A stretch of DNA of 64,000 nt from Afipia sp. (GCA_016201045.1 JACQDM010000001.1:605617-669616), one strand, 5' to 3'. Positions 28,583 to 38,913 are shown, counted from the first letter of the stretch. Notes: generated from the letters alone by a model not told the origin. Translations and numbers: made by a program.

Positions 28583-29587
28583 ATGGCCGGCAGCGACAGT
28601 GTCGAGAAACTTGAGGACGTCATCGTCCGTTCCGCCGAGCAGATCGCGAGCAACATTCGCGCCGTCAAGGAGGCGATTTCGACGGTGATCTTCGGTCAGG
28701 AACGTGTGGTCGAAAACGCACTCGTGACGATCCTTTCCGGCGGGCACGCGCTACTGATCGGCGTGCCGGGCCTCGCGAAGACGAAGCTCGTCGAAACGCT
28801 CGGCGTCACGCTAGGGCTGGACGCCAAGCGCGTGCAGTTCACTCCCGATCTGATGCCGTCGGATATTCTCGGCGCCGAAGTGCTCGACGAGAGCGCCGCA
28901 GGCAAGCGCTCGTTCCGCTTCATAGCGGGGCCGGTTTTTACACAGTTGCTGATGGCCGATGAAATTAACCGCGCCAGCCCGCGCACGCAATCGGCGCTGC
29001 TGCAGGCGATGCAGGAGCAGCACATTACGGTAGCTGGAGCGCGGCACGACCTGCCGAAGCCGTTTCACGTTCTGGCGACGCAAAATCCGCTGGAGCAGGA
29101 AGGCACCTATCCGCTTCCGGAAGCACAGCTTGATCGCTTTCTGATGGAGATCGACGTTGAATATCCGGATCGCGACACCGAACGTCGCATTCTGTTCGAG
29201 ACCACCGGCGCCGAACAGACGTCGGCGAAAGCCGCGATGACCGCAGACACGCTTATGACCGCGCAGCGTCTGGTCCGGCGGCTGCCTGTCGGCGACTCCG
29301 TCGTTGAGGCTATTCTCTCGCTCGTCCGCGCCGCGCGACCGGGTGACGAGGGCGGCGCAACCGGCAAGCTGATCGCATGGGGACCGGGGCCGCGTGCCAG
29401 TCAGGCGCTGATGCTCGCGGTCCGGGCCCGCGCGCTGCTTGACGGGCGGCTGGCGCCTTCCGTCGATGACGTGATCGATCTCGCCGAGCCTGTCTTGAAG
29501 CATCGCATGGCCCTTACGTTTGCCGCACGCGCGGAAGGCGAAACCATCGGGAACGTGATTTCCCAACTCAAGGCGCGGATCGGATAA
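28583..29587 (+). CDS. MoxR-family AAA+ ATPase
   Basis: GVPGLAKT, RVQFTPDLMPSDILG, ADEINRASPRTQSALL, ATQNPLEQEGTYPLPEAQLDRF. Confidence 0.95.
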   Translation: MAGSDSVEKLEDVIVRSAEQIASNIRAVKEAISTVIFGQERVVENALVTILSGGHALLIGVPGLAKTKLVETLGVTLGLDAKRVQFTPDLMPSDILGAEVLDESAAGKRSFRFIAGPVFTQLLMADEINRASPRTQSALLQAMQEQHITVAGARHDLPKPFHVLATQNPLEQEGTYPLPEAQLDRFLMEIDVEYPDRDTERRILFETTGAEQTSAKAAMTADTLMTAQRLVRRLPVGDSVVEAILSLVRAARPGDEGGATGKLIAWGPGPRASQALMLAVRARALLDGRLAPSVDDVIDLAEPVLKHRMALTFAARAEGETIGNVISQLKARIG

Positions 29588-29590
29588 TTG

Positions 29591-30544
29591 ATGGTTGAGG
29601 TGCGCCTCGGCAATTCACAGAACGGCGCGGTTCAGGCAGCGGTCGGAAAAAGCCGCAAGCTGGCTGCGCGCGTACCGCGGCTCATTCTGGAGGCGAGGCG
29701 CGTTGCCGCGACCGTGATCCACGGTCTTCACGGGAGGAGGCGCGCGGGAACGGGCGAAAATTTTTGGCAATACCGGCGCTTCGTCAATGGCGAACCGTCC
29801 CACAATGTCGATTGGCGGCGATCCGCCCGCGACGACCATCTCTATGTTCGCGAGCGCGAATGGGAATCGTCGCACACGATATGGCTTTGGGTCGACCGTT
29901 CGCCGTCGATGGATTTCAATTCGCATCTCACCGAATGGAGCAAGCTCGACCGCTCGCTGGTTGTTGCATTTGCTCTGGCAGAAGTGCTGGTGCAAGGCGG
30001 TGAACGCGTCGGGATCCCGGGACTGATGAGACCGACCGCCAATCGCAACGTCATCGAAACGATGGCGCAGGTAATCGTGCACGATACCGGCGAACAACCA
30101 AGTCTGCCGCCGAACTTTGCTCCGGCTCCATTCTCCGAGGTTCTGCTGTTGTCGGATTTCTGGAGTCCGATACCGGAATTTCGGCGTTCGATCGGAAAAC
30201 TTGCCGCAAACGGCGCGCGCGGCCACGTTGTTCAGGTTGTCGATCCCGCGGAAGAGAGCTTTCCCTATTCGGGACGAGTCGAATTTGTCGAGCCGGAAGG
30301 ATTTGGCAGCATAACCGCCGGGCGCGCCGAGCGATGGCGGACGGACTATCAGAACCTGGTTGCCAACCACCGCACGACACTGCGTGAAGAAGCTGAGCAG
30401 TTTGGCTGGAGCTTCACCGTTCACCGGACTGACCGGGGACCGACGGAACTATTGTTCGCCGTTCACGGACGGATGGGTGCCGGCGCTCACGCCATTCTCA
30501 ACAACCGCCGGACCGCGCGAACCGATGCGAGCAAGCGCGCATGA
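29591..30544 (+). CDS. DUF58 family protein
   Basis: GENFWQYR, VDWRRSA, VREREWE, VDRSPSM, LLSDF. Confidence 0.9.
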   Translation: MVEVRLGNSQNGAVQAAVGKSRKLAARVPRLILEARRVAATVIHGLHGRRRAGTGENFWQYRRFVNGEPSHNVDWRRSARDDHLYVREREWESSHTIWLWVDRSPSMDFNSHLTEWSKLDRSLVVAFALAEVLVQGGERVGIPGLMRPTANRNVIETMAQVIVHDTGEQPSLPPNFAPAPFSEVLLLSDFWSPIPEFRRSIGKLAANGARGHVVQVVDPAEESFPYSGRVEFVEPEGFGSITAGRAERWRTDYQNLVANHRTTLREEAEQFGWSFTVHRTDRGPTELLFAVHGRMGAGAHAILNNRRTARTDASKRA

Positions 30545-33384
30545 TCGCCGGCTTGCCGCTGACATTCGCAGAGCCCCTGCTTCTGATCGGATTGCTGAGC
30601 CTTCCGGCATTGTGGTGGCTGTTACGCGTGATGCCGCCGAGGCCGAGGCGTATCGACTTTCCGCCGACACGTTTGCTGTTCGACATTTCGCCAAAGGAAG
30701 AAACGCCGTCGCGCACACCGTGGTGGCTGACGGCCTTGCGTTTACTCGCAGCGGCACTCGTGATCTTCGCCGCTGCAGGACCGATCTGGAATCCGGCCGA
30801 AGGCGTCGGTCGCGCCAATGGTCCGCTCGTTCTGCTTGTCGATGATGGATGGAGTGCGGCCGCGAGCTGGGACACTCGCGTCCGCGCCGCGGATGAGTTG
30901 ATCGCCAACGCAGACTCCGACCGCCGCGCCGTTGCGATCGTGCCGCTGTCCGAGACTGCGAAGGACATCACGCTGATGCCTGCGGGTACGGCGCGCGTGG
31001 CACTTCGTCAGCTTTCGCCCAAGCCATATTCGGTGGACCGGGTCGATGCCTTGCCATCCCTGGCGAATTTTCTGGCGGCGACTAAAGACACCGACATCGT
31101 CTGGCTGAGCGACGGCGTCGATACCGGACGCGGTAGCGAGTTTGTCGAGGATCTGGCCAAGACGGTTGGAGATCGGTCGCTGACCGTTCTGGAAGGCGGC
31201 ACGCCATCCGCGCATGCGCTCGCCGCCGCCGAAAACGCTGCGGCCAAGATGACGGTGAAGGTCTTGCGTGCCGCTGGCGGCGCGACAGATATCGGCATCG
31301 TGCGTGCGCTCGATCAGAAAGGCTCACCGATCGGCGAGGCCAATTTCAGCTTCGGCGTGCAGGACACAGACACCGACGCAAACTTCGAGTTACCCGTCGA
31401 ACTGCGCAACGACATCGCGCGGCTGGAAATTGCCGGCGAGCGCTCGGCGGGCGCTGTGCAACTGCTCGACAAGCGCTGGCGACGCCGCGCCATCGGGATC
31501 GTCTCCGGCTCATCGTCCGACACCGCACAACCGCTACTCGCTTCGACGTTCTATTTGACACGTGCGCTCGCGCCATTCGCGGACGTTCGCCTCGCCGAAC
31601 GCGGCGCGCCCGCTACGGCCATCGGTCAATTCCTCGATCAGAAACTGCCGATGATCATTCTTGCGGATGTCGGCACGTTGTCGCCGGAAATTCGCGACCG
31701 GCTCAACGCATGGATCGATCAGGGCGGGGTTCTCGTTCGCTTCGCAGGGCCACGCCTCGCGGCTGGCGACGACGATCTGGTGCCGGTTCGCCTTCGCCGC
31801 GGCGGCCGAAGCCTTGGCGGCACGCTCACATGGGAAAAGCCGCAGCCGCTTGCAAACTTCGCCGGAGACGGTCCGTTTGCCGGTCTTGCGGTGCCAAAGG
31901 AAATCACCGTCACCCGACAGGTCCTGGCTGAGCCGGACCCAACATTAGCGTCGCGAAGCTGGGCGTCGCTCGCCGACGGCACGCCGCTGGTCACCGGCGA
32001 ACATCGGAACAAAGGCGTCGTTGTGCTGTTCCACGTCAGCGCCGATATGCGCTGGTCGAATTTGCCGTTGTCTGGCACCTTTGTCGAAATGCTGCGGCGA
32101 GTCGTCGACATGTCCGGCTACACAGCAAAGGAAGGTGCGGGCGTTGCCGTAAATTCGGCAGTTGATACGGTTGCGCCGGTGCGGACCCTCGACGGGTTCG
32201 GCGCATTCGTTCCACCGCCTTCGACCGCGAAGCCGATCCTCGCAGATTATCGCGATCGCGCGTCGCCCGATCATCCTCCCGGATTTTACGGACCTGCAGA
32301 CGGACCGCTGGCAGTTAATACGCTCGCTGCAGCCGACCGTCTTGCGTCGCTCGATACGTCGGCGCTGAACGCCCGGCGCGCGACCTACACAAATTCCGAG
32401 CCACGCGATCTGCGCGGCATTCTGCTCTCGGTTGCGCTTATTCTTTTTCTTGCAGATGCGGTCATTGTCGCCATTCTTGGCGGCGGGCTATTGGCACTGC
32501 TGCGACGACGCAGCGTTGCTGTCGCGGTCACGCTGGCGTTGGCTTTGTCGTCGATCATTGCCCCACCCTCATCCCTCCGCGCGCAGACCGCAAAACCCGC
32601 TGCGAAAACAACAACCCAATCGCCTTCGGACGACTTCGCCATCAAGGCTGTTGCGCAAACGCGTCTTGCCTACGTCGTCACCGGCAACACCGACGTCGAT
32701 TCCATCGTGAAGGCCGGTATGTCGGGACTGACATTGTTTCTTGCACAGCGTACTGCGCTCGAAGCGGGCGAACCCATCGGCGTCGATCCGGCACGCGATG
32801 AACTTGCATTCTTCCCGCTGATTTACTGGCCGGTTATTTCAGGCGCAGCGAAACCGTCGCAAGAAGCCATCAACCGCCTTGACGCCTACATGAAACAGGG
32901 CGGAACCGTGCTGTTCGACACGCGCGATGCAGTCGAAGCATCGCCGGGCGGTGAATCGCAGACACCCGGAATGCTGACCTTGCGCAACATTTTATCGTCG
33001 CTCGATATTCCGGAGCTCGAGCCGGTGCCGCGCGATCACGTGCTGACGAAGACGTTCTATCTTTTGCGCGACTTCCCCGGCCGCTTCGAATCCGGACAGA
33101 CCTGGGTGGAAGCGCTTCCGCGCAACGAAGACGACGACAACGCCGATCGCCCGGTACGCGGCGGCGATGGTGTCTCGCCGATCATCATCACGTCGAACGA
33201 TCTTGCGGGAGCATGGGCGATGCGCCCGGACGGTCAACCCATGCTGCCGTTGACGCCGGGTGAACCGCGACAGCGCGAATTCGCGTTTCGCGCGGGCGTC
33301 AACATCGTGATGTACACGTTGACCGGAAACTACAAGGCCGATCAGGTTCACGCACCCGCCCTCATCGAACGCTTGGGCCAATAA
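30541..33384 (+). CDS. Membrane protein with N-terminal BatA motif, vWA-like region and C-terminal DUF4159
   Basis: FPPTRLL (BatA-like), LLVDDGWSAAAS, C-terminal YWP...GG.VLFDT...NDLAGAW...GVNIVMY.LTGNYK.DQ. Confidence 0.8.
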   Translation: MIAGLPLTFAEPLLLIGLLSLPALWWLLRVMPPRPRRIDFPPTRLLFDISPKEETPSRTPWWLTALRLLAAALVIFAAAGPIWNPAEGVGRANGPLVLLVDDGWSAAASWDTRVRAADELIANADSDRRAVAIVPLSETAKDITLMPAGTARVALRQLSPKPYSVDRVDALPSLANFLAATKDTDIVWLSDGVDTGRGSEFVEDLAKTVGDRSLTVLEGGTPSAHALAAAENAAAKMTVKVLRAAGGATDIGIVRALDQKGSPIGEANFSFGVQDTDTDANFELPVELRNDIARLEIAGERSAGAVQLLDKRWRRRAIGIVSGSSSDTAQPLLASTFYLTRALAPFADVRLAERGAPATAIGQFLDQKLPMIILADVGTLSPEIRDRLNAWIDQGGVLVRFAGPRLAAGDDDLVPVRLRRGGRSLGGTLTWEKPQPLANFAGDGPFAGLAVPKEITVTRQVLAEPDPTLASRSWASLADGTPLVTGEHRNKGVVVLFHVSADMRWSNLPLSGTFVEMLRRVVDMSGYTAKEGAGVAVNSAVDTVAPVRTLDGFGAFVPPPSTAKPILADYRDRASPDHPPGFYGPADGPLAVNTLAAADRLASLDTSALNARRATYTNSEPRDLRGILLSVALILFLADAVIVAILGGGLLALLRRRSVAVAVTLALALSSIIAPPSSLRAQTAKPAAKTTTQSPSDDFAIKAVAQTRLAYVVTGNTDVDSIVKAGMSGLTLFLAQRTALEAGEPIGVDPARDELAFFPLIYWPVISGAAKPSQEAINRLDAYMKQGGTVLFDTRDAVEASPGGESQTPGMLTLRNILSSLDIPELEPVPRDHVLTKTFYLLRDFPGRFESGQTWVEALPRNEDDDNADRPVRGGDGVSPIIITSNDLAGAWAMRPDGQPMLPLTPGEPRQREFAFRAGVNIVMYTLTGNYKADQVHAPALIERLGQ

Positions 33385-33385
33385 A

Positions 33386-35449
33386 ATGCAATACGGTATC
33401 GCGTTTGCACCTCTCGTCCCCGCGGTGGCGCTATGGCTCGCGCTGGCGGCAATCGTCGTTATCGCTGCAGCCTTGTTCGCCGCCCGCGCACGAGGTGCCG
33501 CGGTGCGCGCCGGGGCGCTTGCGCTATTCCTGCTGGCGCTCGCGAATCCATCCTTCACGCGCGAGGAACGCGAACCGCTAACGTCTGTCGCGGCGGTTAT
33601 CGTCGATCGTAGCCCCAGTCAGAATTTCGGAGACCGCACGCGTGAAACCGACGCAGCGCGCGACGCACTTGTTGCCAAGCTCAAAGACATCAAAGGTTTG
33701 GAGGTTCGCGTCGTCGAAGCCGGTTTAGCTGACGGCGAAACCGACGGAACGAAACTCTTTTCGGCCGTCACCGCGACATTGTCGGACGTGCCGACGGATC
33801 GAGTTGCAGGCGCGTTCCTCATTACCGACGGACGCGTCCACGACATTCCCGCCAGTGCATCTGCCGTCGGATTCAACGCGCCAGTGCACGCGCTGATCAC
33901 AGGACGCAGCGACGAGCGTGACCGGCGCATTGCGATAGTCGCGGCACCTCGTTTCGGAATCGTTGGGCGCCCGCAGACCCTCACCTATCGGCTCGACGAT
34001 CAGGGCGTGACTGGAGAATCTGCGCGCGTGACGGTGCGGCGCGACGGCGATGTTCTCAGCGAACGGGCGGTCGCAAGCGGCGAGCAAGTCAATGTCACCA
34101 TCGATATTCCGCACGCCGGGCCGAACATCGTTGAAATCGAGGCATCGAAACTCGATGGTGAGTTGACGCCGGTGAACAACCGCGCAGTTGTTTCCATCGA
34201 CGGCGTGCGCGACAAGCTCCGCGTGCTGCTGGTATCCGGCGAACCCCACGCCGGCGAACGCACATGGCGCAACCTTCTGAAATCCGACGCCAGCGTCGAT
34301 CTTGTACATTTCACGATTCTACGGCCGCCCGAAAAGCAGGACGGAACGCCGATCAACGAATTGTCGCTGATCGCCTTTCCCACGCGCGAATTGTTTCAAC
34401 AAAAGATCGACGAGTTTCAGCTCATCATCTTCGATCGCTATGCGCGCCAGGGCGTTTTGCCGATCTCCTATTTCGACAATATCACCCGGTACGTCCGGAA
34501 CGGAGGCGCCGTTCTCGTATCAGCAGGACCCGATTACGCCAGCTCGACAAGCATCTGGCGCACACCGCTCGACTCTGTGCTGCCTGCCGAACCCGTTGGT
34601 GTAACCGAGCAGGCTTTCACCGCACGGCTCTCAGATATCGGCAAACGCCATCCGGTCACGCGCGGTCTCGAAGGCTCCGCCAGCGAACCGCCTCATTGGA
34701 GCCGTTTCTTTCGCCTTGTCGATACGCGAAATCCGACCGTTCCTCCGGTGATGGAGGGTGCCGACGGCAAGCCCCTCTTACTATTGTCGCGGCAAGGTGA
34801 AGGCCGCGTCGCGCTGTTGCTCTCCGATCAGATCTGGCTCTGGGCGCGCGGCTACGAAGGCGGCGGGCCGCACCTCGATCTGCTGCGGCGGATATCGCAC
34901 TGGCTCATGAAGCAGCCGGACCTCGACGAAGAAGCATTGCGATTGAAGGTCGAGGGCCGCGACCTCGTTGTGGTGCGCCAGACGATGTCGGACACTGCCG
35001 CGCCGGTGACAATTACTTCTCCTTCCGGCGCTACGCGCCAACTCGATCTCAAATCTGGCGATAGCGGAGAATGGCGCGCATCCACCGTTGCGGATGAACT
35101 CGGTCTGTGGCAAGCGACGGACGGCACACTGAAAGCTCTCATCAATGTCGGACCGATCAACCCGAAGGAATTTTCAGAAGTCACTTCGACGACGGAAACG
35201 CTGAAGCCACTGCTGCAGGCAACCGGCGGCGACGTGCGGCGCGTTGCGGAAAGCGGAAAAATCGAACTTCCGAGCATTCTGCCGGTTCGCGCGTCGTCAG
35301 TCTTTCGCGGCGAAGGCTGGTTCGGCGTGAAAATGCGCGATGTCAGCGTCGTGCGAGGTATCGGCGTGCTGCCGATTTTTGCCGGGCTTTTTGGACTGCT
35401 TCTTCTGCTCGGCGCGTTCGCTTCAACGTGGCTACGCGAGGGACGCTAG
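33386..35449 (+). CDS. Membrane protein with vWA-like and glutamine-amidotransferase-like domains
   Basis: N- and C-terminal TM helices, VDRSPSQ, LITDG, VLLVSGEPH...RNLLKSD..VDLVHFTILRPP; last gene of the MoxR operon. Confidence 0.75.
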   Translation: MQYGIAFAPLVPAVALWLALAAIVVIAAALFAARARGAAVRAGALALFLLALANPSFTREEREPLTSVAAVIVDRSPSQNFGDRTRETDAARDALVAKLKDIKGLEVRVVEAGLADGETDGTKLFSAVTATLSDVPTDRVAGAFLITDGRVHDIPASASAVGFNAPVHALITGRSDERDRRIAIVAAPRFGIVGRPQTLTYRLDDQGVTGESARVTVRRDGDVLSERAVASGEQVNVTIDIPHAGPNIVEIEASKLDGELTPVNNRAVVSIDGVRDKLRVLLVSGEPHAGERTWRNLLKSDASVDLVHFTILRPPEKQDGTPINELSLIAFPTRELFQQKIDEFQLIIFDRYARQGVLPISYFDNITRYVRNGGAVLVSAGPDYASSTSIWRTPLDSVLPAEPVGVTEQAFTARLSDIGKRHPVTRGLEGSASEPPHWSRFFRLVDTRNPTVPPVMEGADGKPLLLLSRQGEGRVALLLSDQIWLWARGYEGGGPHLDLLRRISHWLMKQPDLDEEALRLKVEGRDLVVVRQTMSDTAAPVTITSPSGATRQLDLKSGDSGEWRASTVADELGLWQATDGTLKALINVGPINPKEFSEVTSTTETLKPLLQATGGDVRRVAESGKIELPSILPVRASSVFRGEGWFGVKMRDVSVVRGIGVLPIFAGLFGLLLLLGAFASTWLREGR

Positions 35450-35502
35450 GCGTCACGCGTCCGCCAATTCGCAGCCTTGACTCCGATGTACATGAACGGC
35501 AG

Positions 35503-35517
35503 TGTTATATTGTAACG
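35503..35517. promoter_or_regulatory. Zur-box-like palindrome
   Basis: TGTTATATTGTAACG versus Zur consensus TGTTATANTATAACA (2 mismatches); overlaps a TATATT -10-like hexamer. Confidence 0.6.
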
Positions 35518-35563
35518 TTTGGAACCCGCCGACGGGTCTATCCAAATGAGGCGGGCGCTTTTT

Positions 35564-35926
35564 ATGACGTGGTTGCGTGCGAGGACGAGAAAGTTATCTC
35601 TGCTGGCGCTGTTTGCGCTGGCAATTCAGTTCGGCCTGTCGTTCGGTCACGTTCATCATGAGCGAGCGCTGTTTGGCAAATCGGCGATCTTCGCAAGCGT
35701 TGCTTCTCCTGTATCCCCTGACTCCGGCAACGACACTGACAATCGCACCGATCAGTGCGCGATTTGCGCCACTATTGCGATCGCCAACGCGCTCATCGGC
35801 TCGCTGCCTCCCGTTCTGCAGCTTCCGGCGATTGTTGCAGCGACGGAAATCCTGCCAGTAGCCGTAACGCACGACGCGACAGTGTATTCGCTCGGCTTTA
35901 GGTCGCGCGCGCCTCCTCAATCCTGA
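35564..35926 (+). CDS. DUF2946 (CruR-like) protein with CXXC and C-terminal RAPP motif
   Basis: Signal-like N-terminus, HVHH, CAIC, Pro-rich spacer, ends FRSRAPPQS; upstream of a TonB receptor; alternative ATG at 35546. Confidence 0.82.
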   Translation: MTWLRARTRKLSLLALFALAIQFGLSFGHVHHERALFGKSAIFASVASPVSPDSGNDTDNRTDQCAICATIAIANALIGSLPPVLQLPAIVAATEILPVAVTHDATVYSLGFRSRAPPQS

Positions 35927-36036
35927 CTCGAGAATAGATTCATCCAGCCAATCGCATCGCGATAGGCCGGAATTTTCGGGACCAAGACCGCCAATGCCGG
36001 CGGCGAGCTGCGCCAAGCGCATCGGGATGAAGGGTA

Positions 36037-38334
36037 ATGTCGTACAGATCAAATAGAGCCTTGCGGTTGAGCGGTTCGCTCGCCGTGCTCGCGTTCGGAA
36101 TGAGCGGCGGCGCATATGCGCAGTCGCCTGCGCCTGAATCGCCAAGCGCAAACGAGTTGCCGGAAATCGTCGTCCGCGCGCCGCCTCCTCCCGTGCATCG
36201 GCGGCGGCCGCCAGCCGCGCCTTCCGCAGACGCTTCGTCCGGCGCGCCTCCTTCGCCTGCTGACAATGGCGCGGCCCAGCCCGGCGTTCTGCCGATCGTC
36301 ACCGATCAATATGCGACTATAACGACCGTTACCAACGATGAAATCCGGCGCAGCGCCGCTTCTACGTTGGGCGATCTTCTCAACAACAAACCCGGTGTAA
36401 CAGGATCATCGTTTGCGCCCGGCGCTTCGAGCAGACCGATTATCCGCGGTCTCGACGCCAACAGGGTCGGCATCGTCGAAAACGGGACCAGCAGCAACGG
36501 CGCATCGGACTTGGGAGAAGATCATTTCGTTCCGATCGACCCGCTTTCAACCAATCAGGTCGAAGTCATTCGCGGACCCGCAGCGCTGCGCTACGGTTCG
36601 CAAGCCGTCGGTGGCGTGGTCAGCGCCACCAATAACCGGATTCCAGACGCGCTGACATGCGGCGGAACCAGTTCGGGACAAAATCCCTGCACGGCATTCG
36701 AGACACGAAGCGCACTGTCGAGCGTCGATCTCGGCCGTGAAGGCGGCGCACTTCTGGACGCAGCCGGCAACAGCGTCGCGATCCACGCCGACGCGTTCGA
36801 CCGAAAAACAGAAAACTACAGCATTCCGAGCTATCCCTATCGGTTCGATCCGACCCGCGCGTTCAACGGTCAGCAGCCGAACTCAGCGACGCAAAGCAGC
36901 GGCGCTTCGATCGGCGGCTCCTATTTCTTTATGGGCGGATTTGTCGGTGCAGCGATCACGCAGAATAACTCGCTCTATCACATCCCCGGGATCGACGGCG
37001 AAGACCACAACACACGCATCGATGCCAAACAGACCAAGATTACGGCGAAAGGCGAATACAGGCCGGATTCGCCCGCCATCGACACGATTAAATTCTGGGC
37101 CGGCGCGACCGACTACAAACACAATGAAATCGGTCTGCTCGATCCGGCGAATTTTGCTTCCGACGGTGTGCGTCAGACCTTTACCAACAAGGAACAGGAA
37201 GGCCGCGTCGAGGTCCAGCTTACGCCGTTCAACCTTCGCTTTGCCGCGCTGACCACGGCACTTGGAGTTCAGGCCTCGCACCAGGAATTGACAGCACCGA
37301 GCCCGGACGATCCCGGTACGCAATTCAACGGCCTGTGGGATCCAAACCACAACACAAAGATTGCGGGTTATGCCTTCAACGAGTTCAAGTTCAGCGATTC
37401 CACGAAGGCACAATTGGCCGGGCGCATCGAACATGTCGATCTGAGCGGAATGACGCCGCAATTTCCGGCGAGCTTCAACGGAGCCGATCCTGTCGGACCG
37501 ACTGTGTCGCGCAATCCGAATTTCACACCGAAAAGCGGTAGCGTCGGCGTGATCCAGAATTTACCGCATGCCCTGTCGGCGAGCCTGACCGCGCAATACG
37601 TCGAACGCGCACCCAAACCAGCCGAACTCTTTTCACGCGGCGGCCACGATGCGACCGGCACTTTCGATATCGGCGATCCCAATCTGAAAATCGAAACCGC
37701 AAAGACCGTTGAAGCCGGGCTACGGCGAGCAACCGGACCGATCCGCTTTGAACTCACAGGCTACTACACGCGCTTCGACGGCTTTATCTTCCGCCGATTG
37801 ACAGGGCTCATGTGCGACGGCGATTTCGCGTCATGCGGTACGACAGGCACGGAGCTGAAACAGGCGATCTACTCGCAGCGCGATGCGATATTCCGCGGCG
37901 GCGAATTCCAGTTTCAATACGACGTCATGCCGATATGGTCAGGCACCTTCGGCATTGAAGGGCAGTACGACATCGTCCGCGCCACATTCACCGACGGCAC
38001 CAACGTTCCGCGCATCCCCCCGCAGCGAGTCGGCGGCGGACTTTTCTACCGCGACGCCCATTGGCTCGCGCGAGTCAATCTGCTCCATGCTTTCGCGCAA
38101 AACGATACTAGCGCGGCGGAGACGTCGACTCCGGGTTACAATCGTCTGAAAGCCGAAGTCAGCTATACGACAAAGCTCGCGAAAGACAGTTGGCTAGGAC
38201 CGCGCGAATTCACGTTCGGTCTTGCCGGTGACAATCTGCTCAACGAAGATATCCGCAATTCCGTCTCCTACAGCAAAGACGAGGTTCTGCTACCCGGCAT
38301 CGGCGTGCGTATGTTTGCAAATGTGAAGTACTGA
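36037..38334 (+). CDS. TonB-dependent receptor, ZnuD-like
   Basis: Signal peptide, TonB box PEIVVRA, plug motifs RPIIRGLD, DLGEDHFV, VEVIRGPAALRYGS; C-terminal barrel NLLNE...PG. Confidence 0.9.
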   Translation: MSYRSNRALRLSGSLAVLAFGMSGGAYAQSPAPESPSANELPEIVVRAPPPPVHRRRPPAAPSADASSGAPPSPADNGAAQPGVLPIVTDQYATITTVTNDEIRRSAASTLGDLLNNKPGVTGSSFAPGASSRPIIRGLDANRVGIVENGTSSNGASDLGEDHFVPIDPLSTNQVEVIRGPAALRYGSQAVGGVVSATNNRIPDALTCGGTSSGQNPCTAFETRSALSSVDLGREGGALLDAAGNSVAIHADAFDRKTENYSIPSYPYRFDPTRAFNGQQPNSATQSSGASIGGSYFFMGGFVGAAITQNNSLYHIPGIDGEDHNTRIDAKQTKITAKGEYRPDSPAIDTIKFWAGATDYKHNEIGLLDPANFASDGVRQTFTNKEQEGRVEVQLTPFNLRFAALTTALGVQASHQELTAPSPDDPGTQFNGLWDPNHNTKIAGYAFNEFKFSDSTKAQLAGRIEHVDLSGMTPQFPASFNGADPVGPTVSRNPNFTPKSGSVGVIQNLPHALSASLTAQYVERAPKPAELFSRGGHDATGTFDIGDPNLKIETAKTVEAGLRRATGPIRFELTGYYTRFDGFIFRRLTGLMCDGDFASCGTTGTELKQAIYSQRDAIFRGGEFQFQYDVMPIWSGTFGIEGQYDIVRATFTDGTNVPRIPPQRVGGGLFYRDAHWLARVNLLHAFAQNDTSAAETSTPGYNRLKAEVSYTTKLAKDSWLGPREFTFGLAGDNLLNEDIRNSVSYSKDEVLLPGIGVRMFANVKY

Positions 38335-38350
38335 GTGTGTGGAGATCGAA

Positions 38351-38863
38351 CTAACTTGCAGTCGCCCAATCGGGACGGATGGCACCTTTGATCCCGTCAG
38401 CCGCGCCGCTCTGCAGTTCGCACGCGAGCAGTCGCGCCGGGTCGACTGGACCTGGCATCGACACAGCGCCTTTTGGAATCTGTTTGAAACCGGCGCGGCC
38501 GTAATACGGCTCATCACCGACGAGGACGACGAGGCGATGACCCTTCGCCTTGGCGCCTTTCAATGCGCGTTCGATCAGCGCCTTCGCAATACCTCGGCCG
38601 CGAAACGGCGGCTCGACAGTCAGCGGGCCGAGCAAAAGTGCCGGCGTATCGCCGATGCAAATCGGCAGCAGGCGGACCGAGCCGACCAAAAGCGTACCGA
38701 TGCGCGCCGTGAATGACAGATCCAGAATATGTTCGATCTGTTCACGCAATCGGTAAGCACTAAGCACATAGCGTCCTGGCCCGAACGTGCGCTCGTGCAG
38801 GCGTTCGATGGCCTGCGCATCGTTTACGGATTCAGTCGAGATCGTGAGAGATAGATCGGTCAT
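38351..38863 (-). CDS. GNAT family N-acetyltransferase
   Basis: LLGPLTVEPPFRGRGIAKALI, LVGDEPYYGRAGF. Confidence 0.9.
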   Translation of the reverse strand: MTDLSLTISTESVNDAQAIERLHERTFGPGRYVLSAYRLREQIEHILDLSFTARIGTLLVGSVRLLPICIGDTPALLLGPLTVEPPFRGRGIAKALIERALKGAKAKGHRLVVLVGDEPYYGRAGFKQIPKGAVSMPGPVDPARLLACELQSGAADGIKGAIRPDWATAS

Positions 38864-38913
38864 GCTGGAGCGCGAATTAGCATTTGAGAGGGTGGGGGTC
38901 CACATCACTAATC

